The translations under genes and the position numbers were made by a program. Under the pieces are notes generated by a model. That model worked only from the letters and a program-made list of their open reading frames with translations. It had not been told where the DNA came from and did not search any database. 64,000 nucleotides of DNA from Takakia lepidozioides (Eukaryota > Plantae > Bryophyta). Within the stretch, counting starts at the first letter, position 1, and the number at the start of each line of letters is the position of its first letter. Below, piece by piece: positions 1 to 11,561 of the stretch. The DNA is taken from assembly GCA_030704615.1 (NCBI GenBank), contig CM060731.1, positions 25,234,001-25,298,000 on the forward strand. The letters are read 5' to 3'.

Positions 1-3000
1 CTCCTTTAAATGCCCCCCCGGGCGACTCCCACTTCTCCCTGAGCGCTGCTCTCAGGTGTCAAGCTGCGAATTACCCAAAAAATGGGTTCTTGGGGCTGAA
101 AAGAGTCCTATGACCTTTCCGTATATGATGTTGGATTGCCAGGCTGCAAGGCTGGCCCTGCTTCGAAAGGCTTGCAGAACCACAACAGAAATTTCACACC
201 TTTCCCCTCAGATGATGATGAGACGAATCGCATTTGACTAAGATCTCCACAACTCCTCTCCTTGCAAGAAGGAAGCTCCCCAAAAGACTGGCTCACAAAG
301 TCCATTAGAGTTTAGCCTCTTGGATCTGCCGATGCATCACACACATCTCAATTACTGCCACGACAGCATGACTGCTGGGCTGGAGAAGAATTGGTCTCTA
401 CAGCCAGAGTGCCTCGAATTCCAACTTGTGGCCTCAAAAAACCAACTTGGCGAGTTTGGCCCTCATAGTAATACTCCATCTCGAAGGCATGGATCAGGAG
501 CTAACACCAAATTTAGAAAATTTTAACCGATCTGAGAGGAGCCCATCAAACAAAACTTATCCCTAATCATGGAAGCATTTCCTTGCACGGAAGCCACATG
601 CAGATACCAATTGATGCCATATGCAATTGTAGAACACAGGTCAACTATTATACGGTAGCTCCCGCGGACAGACAGACAGCGAAGATCTTTGTCAGCTCAG
701 GAAACCCGAACAGCTTCAGACACCCAAACACAAAACAGGAGTGCGGGGCAAATTACAATGAACGAGCGAGGGGCTGAACAAAAGCAACCCATCACAGACA
801 AGATCCGATATCCTGAGCATTACAATCGGCCCGTAATAAGAAAATAAGGCATCACTGTAACAGAGGACAATCCAAGACCAATGAATCCAAGGGTGTACCC
901 AGTACTGTCGAACCCAGGCGTTACTTCTTTCAAGTCACCCATCAGGACAGATCCAGCCGTGCCACTGACGCCATCCATCGAAGACCTTGGCTCCCATATT
1001 CTTCGTTCTCGGTACTTGTTCTTTGCGGCTCCTTCTCACTTGGACTTGTTGTGTGCTGCAACGTGGCATGTTGTTCAGCATATGCTTGACCCTTCCATTC
1101 TCTCACGTCTGCAGTGCGTTGCTTTGACTCTTCTGCCTCTGAAACAACACTTGTTTATTGTCATGGTCTCAAAGTGCATGCCCACGTTGTGTGTGTGCCA
1201 AACAAGTCTTTGCCCACCCGCCCTACAAACACCCTCTACACTTACTAACTTGGGAAAAGGCCTGTCCCATGACTTTGTTGGATGCCTAGACAGGTATTGC
1301 AACACAAAACTCACACAAGACCTCAGAATTGCACTGTTGGGTTGTGCACTTGCCGGCTACAGCCATCTCTCGTCTCATGTGACACTTAGAACATTTCTGT
1401 CTGACCCCATCGCATTCAATGTTTTGTAAATGTTGGGCCTCAACTGTCCCAATGTGAAGTCACCCACAAGAGCCCACAAGTTTGTGAGCATCTTCAAGTA
1501 GCACTAAGTATTGAATGGCAGGCTGGCGTTGCTTAGGAGATGCAAACAGCAGCTCTCCTTTGGTTAATTTTTTTTCTTTTGGTGTTTGTGTACTTGTCAT
1601 GTACAGATGAGGCACACAGAAAATGATTCCCACACAGACTTCATGCCTTCACCAACCAGCCAAAAGATTTTTGAATGGAGGCTGTGGTGTGGGTTTGTCA
1701 CCATGTGGTGAGGGTCAGCATTGTAAAGATGTTATGCCGTGGTACTCTCCCATGTAGAAAGGACAGATAAAGGGATGTCAGACAATTTAGTCGTTTCAGG
1801 CATTGTGGGGTTGAGGTAATTTCTTTTAGGTAATAATATTGGTATAAAGTGTCCCCTGCTCAAATGTTGGAATTTTTATTTTAGTTTTCAATGGTACCCA
1901 GATCCATAGCTCAAAGGCAAAGCCTAGGTTCTTCCTTGTCCAACTCGGCCAAGAGTTGGTATCCTAGAAGACGTTGTCCTACTTTTTGGCCACTAGAAAT
2001 TGCTACAGGAGCATAGCAGACATCATGTGGACATATGGGTGTTATAGCTTATAAGTGGCCCTAACAGTTGAAAACATCATTTAACACTTAAAAGGTCCAA
2101 TCGCACTAGGAATATAAGGGTTAACATTTGTCACCTTTACCCCTCCATCTAGTCTAGTCGTGGGTCAAAACTATGATTCCCCAACACCTATTCCATTCCA
2201 CTGAACCCAATACTTGTTCACACCACGATGAATGACGGGGACAACGTTGCCCAAGCTTTTACCCCCCGCGCCATGCATTTGCCACGTCAAATTTTGAGAC
2301 AAATCTAATCCCCGTCCCAAGTCCCACAAGGTCAAATATATTTGGCTTTAATCCCTTATATAATTAGTGGCATTTAGTGCTAACAGAGGACGAGGACTTT
2401 TTGTTCAAAAACAGTACCTACGGTTGTATGCCCATTCATCCACAAGAATGAATGGTACAAAGTCATCCTTAACTACTGCATCCACATGCTCATTGAATGT
2501 GGGCAACTTTCATCCTTATGCTGACAAAAGGAATCAGGTGGTCAATTCTCTAAATAGACTCCAAATAATTACCTCCCAAAAACAGGTTTGACCAGCCTGG
2601 ATTTGCTCATGTTACAGTTTTTTCTGTGAGAATGTCTGAGTCCATATCATATTTAAGATGAACTTACCTCCAAAATTGAGACCCAATTAAAAGATTTTGG
2701 GAAGGGTCATTTGTATATTGTGAAATTGCTCTGAGATCATCAGAAATGCCAATTAATAAGGTAGAAACACCCAAATATGAGCAGGTCTCAAAATGGACCC
2801 CTACTTTTGGGGTGTAAAGTGGTCCCGCCTGCCCTTAAATGGCGACCTTACTGCCAACGGGCCGATTTAGGTTCCTTCGTGGGCATTGTGGGCCCCATGG
2901 TGCTTTGTTAGATGAACAAAAACGTACTGAATACATACTGTGACCAGCGCATTTGCCAAATGGAGGCCTTTTATAGGATACCTTTTGCTCTTGTGGGCCG

Positions 3001-3300
3001 AGCTGTTGGGTGGGTTATTGGGCCATTTCAAGTGCACATCTCGTGCATATCAGGTCACATGTAGGCTTCATATTAGATAATATTTCAGTGAGTTATGGTA
3101 CCCTCTATAGCTCAGGCATAGCATTTTTGTGCCCTGCCACTTTGATAATATATATCAATTAGCCACTTCGTCCAAAATTCATGCAATTCAAGCCACAAGC
3201 TATTTGTTCAATTGCTCATCCAGTCATATATTTTTTCCCCTTACTGCACCAATTGTACGGGCATATCTGCTTAAGTGCTCACATTTGGGTGTAACTACCT

Positions 3301-3569
3301 TAGATGGGGCCTGGAGTTCAATGTGAGGGAGCCGGTTCAGCCAGCGTGGACCCCCCGCCCACCCCCGCGTCCGTCGCCCGCACACCTGCCGCGCGGTAGC
3401 CCTTCCCGCGCCTCATGTACCCTCTGCCAGGACATGACACATGTCCTCACCCATCCCCATCCCCATCCCGCCTCCCATCCTCACCTCATGCATGGCATCG
3501 TCCCCCATCCCCCCTGCATGCCTTCATCCTCCCCATGCCACATGCTTGCGTCCATTGCATACATGGTAT
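3301..3569 (+). repeat. MULE-1 left TIR
   Basis: Reverse complement of 15665-15924 with few substitutions/indels. Confidence 0.9.
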
Positions 3570-3889
3570 CCCCAAACATACATCATGCCCTCAATTCAAA
3601 TTCGTTCTGATATCTTTTCAAATTTTAAAATGGCAAATCTGAAGAAAGAGAATGGACGTTGGGATATATGTCACGTCGTCACATACACTGCCACCCCAAT
3701 GGAGGGTTTTGCTACCCTCATTGTGCATTTCCTAGTAGAGCAGTTCTCTCCATGCGTTTCTAGCTTGCCCACATGAATTGGCAGCATTCCATTATACATG
3801 CCCAGAATATGAATGCAAAAAGGCGCGTGTGAGGATACGGCAGCGAAAGAAGACATCAGCAAACTCAGAAGCGTCTTATTTCTGTAAAC

Positions 3890-6701
3890 ATGGCTGAAGA
3901 GGTTGAACATGGCAAGATTTTGCCCCACCTTCTTTCTAATCTGCAAAGTCAGCTACAGACACCAAAAACAGGTACTTTCACACACCATGACTTGCAATGG
4001 AGGTCCCAATGGCACAGACAGATACCTGATGAGAACACAACAGAAATTGTATATATTCCTTGGAATCGGGTGGCGGACTTCATTGCTGGTGAGTCCTCCC
4101 AGAAGGAAGCCCCATGCACGTTCTGCACTCATCGACAGAAAGGCACCCCTACTGGGACTCTCCAGGCACCACGTATCAATAGTGACATGAACATTACAAG
4201 GTATGAATTCAACTTGAGCATGCCATGATTCATGAAAAATGAAATGAATGCTGCCACTACACAGGTTTTGTCCAATCCCACTAGCCATGCACTTATGCTT
4301 TCATAAGAGCGGTTCTAAAAGGCCACTCATGTTTTTGGCGTAGGTATCACTGCGCATATGGCCCACAAGACAATACCCTGAACACTGTGGAGGTAACAGA
4401 GGCTATGCGTGCGAAGAAATGGCGTGCAGGTCCACCAAAGAAAAGGGGGAGAAAGCCTACAGTGGGGCCAACATCCACAGGAAAAAAACCTAAAAGGACT
4501 ACAAACAACAAAACAGGAGAAAGCATCAAAAGAGGATACATGTGCCGATTTGTTGTCAAGCAATGCTACCTGGACCCTACTATGGCAGAGATCATTTATT
4601 ATGAGAAACAACATGTAAATGGAAGAGGTCAGATATGCCACGGACCTTCATGTCACTTGAACCAATGTGCAATGGCTCCCCATCTTAGCGATGACATGAA
4701 ATCATGGATTTTGCAAAATTTGCGTCTTGGGCTGAGCATAAACAAGATAATGGCCAAGCACACCATGCGAGTGAAGGAGTTGATGGAGCAAGGGCTGGAC
4801 GTCAGCCGTGACATTTTTCTCCTCTCCCATGACATACGGAATATTGCGAAGCTATGCGATGAGAGACATTCAAAAAACACCCAAATGATGCACAGAATGT
4901 CCGCATGTGGGTGCATGAAAATATGGCTAGTGTTTTCTACTACCAAGAAGAAAAGAACCACAAGGGTTGGACATCTAGTGACATCAAACTTGATCTTCCA
5001 TTCGTTCTTGGCATACAGACAGTGTGGCAGCGAGATCAAATGTTGAAATTTGGCCATCACCGAATTGTCGCATGCGACGCCACCTTCGGAACCAATGAGA
5101 AAAAGGTGGGATCTGTCTTTTTACTTCATTGCAATCGTTAAAGCCAGGTTTAAGGTGTATTTGCCATACTGCATCCCCACATCGTACAAATCTCATACTC
5201 ACTGCTTTCTCCATACAAATCTGCCTCAATTGTTGTACATTGATTGTTGTTTATGTAATACCCGCTATACACCATGATGGTATTCGACGAGTGGTTGAAT
5301 GGAATCCCAGTTGCATTCATCATTACAGCAAGATCAAAGGCAATCGATTTGGAGCCATGGATGTTCGCACTGAACGGGAAGCTTCAGGCAAACCAGGCAG
5401 GATGGTGCCCACATGCTTTCATTGTTGATGATGCAGATGCTGAAATAAAAGCAATCAGGTGAATCCCGATTCGCAACTTTCTGGAATTTTTGGTTTTCTT
5501 GTAAATCTCCACATTATAAAGTTGTCACATGTCTTTCTATGTCAGGGCCGTGTGGGGGCAGTCTGCAGTTTTTCTATGCCTTTGGCATGTGAGGAAAGCA
5601 TGACAAAAGAACAAAGATGCAGATTTGCGTGCATGTGTCATGCAAGATATGTCAAAAATCATGTATAGTGCTGTAAAAAGCAAGGGTGACGCAGGTGAAG
5701 CATGGGCAGTGTGCGAAGTTGTGAATTTGTGTTTCAAGTACCCCACCGTAAGTGAATTTTGTGACTACTTGGAGCAGGAGTGGGTTCCCAAAGCTAAGAT
5801 GTGGACAATGGGTTCTCGCAACATTCCACACGCAGAACAAGACACAAACGCCGCCATTGAAGCTTATCATGGCAATCTGAAGGCACGACTGAAATGCACA
5901 AAGAGCAAATTGGTTAGCAGACGAGTCGATTGGCTCATTCATGAACTCACAGTTGATTTGCTTACTCATTACTGGAATATGTCATATGCCAAAACATATG
6001 GCTTCATCCGCAACAAGCGACTCGAAGGCTTTGTGTGCAGCTCTATTTTGCTTGCCAAACAGATTCCCGATTGCAATGTGAACCTTCCGCAGATAGAAGG
6101 GGGCATCACCACTGTCAAATGTATTTGGGATGAGGGGACTACATATACGGTTCACAATCCATAGTCCAACTGGGGATGTGGTGATTGTCGGCATGCCCGC
6201 AACAGTAATATGTGTGCGCATCAGGTGAAGGTGTTGCAAATGTTGCACCCCAACTTAGAAGATGGCACCATAGCCAAATTCTGTGGAAGCCTTATTGGGA
6301 GCAGTAGAGGTGGCATTCATAGCTTGTTTGCACCACCTCAATCACCAGCTAACATGCCTTCCAAAGCACCCATGCGTCCTATCCAAAACGCATCACCATA
6401 TTCCTCCCAGAAAAGTCCAGGACTGGAATTACTGCCATGAATATCCAATGAGTTCGAGCGGGTTCTAGACATGACAAGACATAATAGGGTCTTGCAGCAA
6501 CATCTCCTTGCTATGGTTAGAGTAGCCAAAGGGAAAATTTGTGACTTGACGTGCAGCATGGACGAGGGTATTCATCATCCCCAAGAAGACCCCACTTTCA
6601 CTGAGGTTGACGATGGAGCAACCAACTCCCTTGTGAGATGGAAAGATTTGCTGGAGACGCGCGGTAGAAAGCGTCATGTGGCAAACCTGCCTGAACGGTA
6701 G
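3890..6701 (+). pseudogene. MULE transposase with SWIM zinc finger (frameshifted/stop-interrupted, intron-containing)
   Basis: Motifs IPWNRVADFIAGE, KRGYMCRF..H..CHG, GIQTVWQ, ACDATFGTN, FDEWLNGIPVAFII, FIVDDADAEI, CLWHVRKA, DTNAAIEAYHG, RRVDWLIHEL and SWIM CDCRHARNSNMCAH. GT-AG introns start near 4201, 5105 and 5459. Several frameshifts and stops. Confidence 0.9.
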
Positions 6702-7389
6702 AATGTAGCAAAGAGACAATTGTACGCATCTTGATGCACATGGAGGTGGGGGGGGGAGTTCAGCATGCTCCTAGTGTGCAAATGCCCTATTTGTTATGCC
6801 AAGTAATAGATGGGGCCCTGGAGTTATTTGACCACAATGACATTGGTCCCAACATTTGCAATCCTAATGTTCCCATGAGCTTCATGTAAATGTTTCGTTC
6901 TCAATTGACTTTGTCTTCTGAAATTGTGTGGATATGCAGGCTACAATTACCATACATGTATGAAGTGGTTAGTGCTGAATCATGAAGGCGTGTTGATATG
7001 AAATTGCATGGATTTTGGACTGTGTTTGGTGTTAATTTTGCATGTCATGGCATGTCTAATGTGTTCTTCCCACAGGGTGTTGCATTCATTTCATTCATTC
7101 ATTCCATGCTCATCAAAAGCCTCAACAATGGATATTGCCTTGCAAACTTTGGCACATGCAACCACATTGCAAAAATAGCCGGGATACAAGACATAATTTG
7201 CCTCAACCATCCTAAAACCATGTACATTACATTGTTTCATATGCATCCTACGTAGTGGTAGAGTGGCCACCTTGAAGGCTGGCTGATAGACGGCTGCTCA
7301 CACGCATTTCAGCCATGGAAACAGGGACATGCATACAATGCAACGTACATGACAAGAGGAACCCTAAAACTTTTCAGCCATATCAAGCC

Positions 7390-7860
7390 TATGCATATTA
7401 CCATCCCGTATTCAGGCCGTCACCATTCATCCCATTCTAGAAATGCATAGGAATCCTATGCATGTTATCATGTGATATTTCGTCGTCACCATTCATCCCA
7501 TTCATCCATATCCATGTTATCATCCGTATTCGACATCACCATTCACCACATTCATCCCATCAATCTCAACCCTATCCATATTTCATCCATAGTGCGCCAT
7601 CACCATTCATCCAATTCAGCACATTCATATCATCCTATCCATGTTATCATCCGTATTCAACATCACCATTCACCACATTCATCCCATCCATCTCAACCCT
7701 ATCCATATTTCATCCATATTGCGCCATCACCATTCATCCAATTCAGCACATTCATATCATCCTATCCATGTTATCATTCATATTCGACGTCAACATTCAT
7801 CCCATCCATTCCAACCCTATCCATGTTTCATCCATATTTCGTCGTCACCATTCATCCCGT
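7390..7860 (+). repeat. CATCC/ATTCAT-rich tandem array (~127-bp period with ~40-50-bp subunits) inside MULE-1
   Basis: CCATGTTATCATCCGTATTC-like unit recurs at ~7512, ~7639 and ~7766; CACCATTCATCC recurs throughout. Confidence 0.85.
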
Positions 7861-8487
7861 GAGAAGAAAACTGTGGATGCACTGCATGAAGTGAAAAATT
7901 GTTGTGGGCACTCTATAGGGTAAGGGCATCCACCACTGTGTAAGGGCATTCACCATTCCACCAGGGTAAGGCCCCGATGTGAAAGATAACCAAGGCTCTA
8001 GCACAATAGGATCCACAACATTCATGGACCCGATATATGAAAGTGAGCCCCGATCTCTAGCAGTGATCGGAGATAGTTCCCTGGCAGAAAGGGTAAGGCA
8101 AGGACCCTAGGCTTATGGGTGACACCATCAATGTGACCCCATTCAGGGGCAGTACTATCCCATGTTACATACCACTTCTTTCACTGGACCTAGGAAGATT
8201 ATGAGTATGCACTTACATTATAATGAAGGAACACATCAAAGCAAGATTTTCATGAGTTACAACAGATTTGGCCTCCTCTGTTCTGTGTGCAGACTGCCAT
8301 GTGCCAACCTACATACATTGATTGGCTCATTCATAAAACTTTACTTTGTAGAGTGAAAAAATTGAGTGTACATCATAATGCTCACAAATGTTGTAGACAA
8401 CTTCCTAAAGAGGCAGAGAAGGCGGCCACCAACACCCTTGACATGAAAGGGATCATGCTACAGTCTCATGTCCCTGCCTTGAATTTC

Positions 8488-10377
8488 CACTACAACACAC
8501 CCTATGTAATTTCGACGATTTAGTTTGACATTGGCGTTGACTGTTGTCACTTTCGACTGTTCCAACCATTTTGCAGTCAAAATTTATATTATAATATTCG
8601 AAGTGCTAGACAATCGCAAAATTTTTGACTGTAGTGAGAGACTTTGACTATCTAAAGTGAGCTGACTGAGACAACCACTTAAACAATGGCACGTGTAATC
8701 ACAATATATAAATTATATAGCAATATATACATGTGGATAATAAGAAGTAAAAACATTTAACTATTTTTTTACTGACCCATCACATTAATATTAAACTAAT
8801 CGTGTGCTGGTTAATGTTAGTGAAACAAAACAACTGAATTATGTGAACGAATGATAAACAAAACGCCTTGCTGGCAGCTATTGGATGAACGTATCAAACA
8901 TAATTTTTGCGCACTGGATGAACGTATGAATGAATGATAAAGCAACTATTGGATGAATGTATGAACGCATAGATTGATGGAAAACCCAAAATCCAGCTAT
9001 CTCTAAATACATTCATCCATCAAGAGATGTACCTATCACGTGCGTGAACAAAAGGGGGTTAATTTAATACCCCCACATACAAACTATCAGGCTGGAAAAT
9101 TTACAAAAGTATATATACATACTTTTAGAATGAAACTTCAAATGGGTGTATGTAGCTTGTTGGTAAGGGCTCTCCCTGTCCACCGTGGCGTCGCGGTTTC
9201 AAACTCCTCGCTTAGTTTTTTTTTCCCCTCATGCACTAAGCCCCACTAAGCCCTATCGCTGATGCGCGCACTATGTCCTCGTGTTGGTCTTAGCAGGTCA
9301 TGTTTCAATCTCTGCTCGCTCAGCTGCACCGTGGTGGTTCTCGAGGAGCGGATTTCTTAGCAGGTCATGTTTCAATCTCTACTCGCTCAGCTGCACCGTG
9401 GTGGTTCTCATGGACCAATCCGCTCCTCGCCAGGTTGGTCTTAGCAGGTCGTGCTTCAATCTCTGCTCGCTCAGCTGCACCGTGGTGGTTGTCGAGGAGC
9501 GGATTTCTTAGCAGGTCGTGTTTCAATCTCTGTTTGCTCAGCTGCACCGTGGTGGTTCTCATGGACCAATCCGCTCCTCGCCAGGTTGGTCTTAGCACGT
9601 CGTGTTTCAATCTCTGCTCGCTCAGCTGCACCGTGGTGGTTCTCATGGACCAATCCGACATTACCGGACTACAGACATCCACCTGTTAGCTGACGTGTCA
9701 CAGTGGTAAATTAACCACTGTGACATGTCAATGACGTGTCACAGAGGTAAACTAACCACTTATGACGTGTCACAATGGTAAACTGACGTGTCATAGTGGT
9801 AAAGTAATGACTTCTGTTTTGCAATGGACACGTGTAAGCCGGTGGTCTGTGGATGATATTGGAGATTATGTCGACACGTGGCAACACTCTCAGCATGGAC
9901 ACGTGTCATGTGTCAGTGCTACGAAATGGATGGAGTGAAAAATTCAATGACTTCCGAAACCACTCGTTGAGTGATCACAAAATGACTCATATAGTCATTC
10001 TATGAAAACTGAGAATATACAATATCATTCACAGTGTGGTTATGTGAGTGGATGATGTCTCTCAGCAGGTCATTGGAATGATTACCCACAGAGTGGTATG
10101 TAAGTTGTTCGAGTCATCCATGGTATCTCTCTGAGTGGGAACTATGGATTGGAGTGATTACTAACAGAGTGGTGTGTAAGTGATTAGGAATACCACTGGA
10201 AGAATCCATACCACTAATACAGTAATATGTAGGTGATTACTTATACCACTATATGAGTGGTAATGTGGGCAATTGTGTGCATTTGGCTACTCCCACAGTT
10301 TTAAATTATACCACTATTACAGTGATGTGCAAGTGATTAGGAACTTGACTAGAGGAACACATACCACTAGTGTAGTG
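8488..10377. mobile_element. Probable non-autonomous CACTA-type insertion (or two CACTA ends) within MULE-1
   Basis: CACTACA at 8488 followed by TTCGAC/TTTGAC subterminal repeats; ...TGTAGTG at 10377 preceded by GAGTGG/ACCACT repeats. Only 7 bp of TIR match and no 3-bp TSD. Confidence 0.4.
9284..9657 (+). repeat. Five copies of a ~54-bp core with alternating spacers (68/84-bp period)
   Basis: Core CTTAGCAGGTCRTGTTTCAATCTCTGCTCGCTCAGCTGCACCGTGGTGGTTCTC; spacers alternate GAGGAGCGGATTT and ATGGACCAATCCGCTCCTCGCCAGGTTGGT. Confidence 0.9.
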
Positions 10378-10884
10378 AAAGAAGTACCATTGGGGATTCA
10401 AGCTCCACAAAAAAGAATAGAATCCCAGAGAGTAAGTGCTAGAACACTGTCAACAAAATCCAGCCATGATAAAAGTCTGAGCCTAACTTCTACACGGCGT
10501 CTCTGCATGCATGCTAGGAACACTGAACTCATGCCTTAAGTTCATGAAGTTTTTGCCTCGGTTGTCCCACCATTGACTGGGGTCAGAAAAGTATTCATTC
10601 CACAGCTTCTCCTCGTTTTAGCTGTTACCTGGTTCTGGATACTTCCCTGTTGTCACATTGGCAGTACCATGTCAAAGTCGCTCCAAACTATCAAAGGCTC
10701 ACTCAACCAGCTAACTTGCATAATTCAACATGAAAACTTAGGGCCGATTCTGATAAGAGGGAAAAACAGGGTGAAATGTGTTGAAGAAGGTGTCTTCATT
10801 ACCAGTGCCTGAGTTTATCAATGTGCCGCTGCTGCTGCGGCTTCTAGTTGACCATCTACCCATGCATGTTTCTTGTAGCTATTG

Positions 10885-11225
10885 ATCCATCTGGAACATT
10901 TCCAGCTTTGGTGATGCAACCATGCACCTCCGATGCCCTTTTCCAGGGCTACCAGGCTTGCACACGCACTGCAAACGCACACAAACATGATGTGGTCGAA
11001 CTTCACCCCTTCCCCCATCATTTGCTTTCAGGTCTCCAAAGCCCCATACAATGCCCCTGCTCTGCACACCCTGCAAGCATCACATTCCACAACACTACAT
11101 CTCATTCAGCCATAGTGTTGAACACTCCCTTGGCATCCTCAATGCTACCATATTTGGCATACATGGCCACCAGAGCAGTGTTCAGGATGACATCTGGAAC
11201 AATTGCAGATTTGATCATGTCACCA
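10885..11225 (-). pseudogene. PLS-class PPR gene fragment inside MULE-1
   Basis: Translates to IVPDVILNTALVAMYAKYGSIEDAKGVFNTM...MMGEGVKFDHIMFVCVCSACASLVALEKG, with stops/frameshifts. Confidence 0.85.
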
Positions 11226-11561
11226 GGGAGTAATTTCATTCGCAAATAGAAATCCTTGACTCTGTCACTTGTCCACCCCTTGGGGTTAATCAGGAGATCT
11301 GCGTTGGCTAGTCTAAGGGCGATATTGGGGCCTACACAATTCTGGAAAAACCAGACGTTTGATGTTTATTTTACTTCTGCACCAGCTGATATCCTGGAGA
11401 CATACACCATCACGATACATGTCAAACGCATGCACAGTGGCAAGTAAAGTGCATAATGCAAAAAATTACCATTTGAATTCAACGAAAATAAGACGATTGT
11501 TGACTCACAGCGCTTTTTTCAGCCCTTCGTCAAGCCTGCAATGACATACAACAAGTTCATG

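Noticed and set aside
1-1560. ORFs at the window start (e.g. 881-1429)
   Set aside because: No recognisable motifs in any frame; probably decayed TE sequence
9284-9657. CRISPR-like repeat/spacer array
   Set aside because: Spacers repeat rather than being unique, the context is eukaryotic, and there are no cas genes
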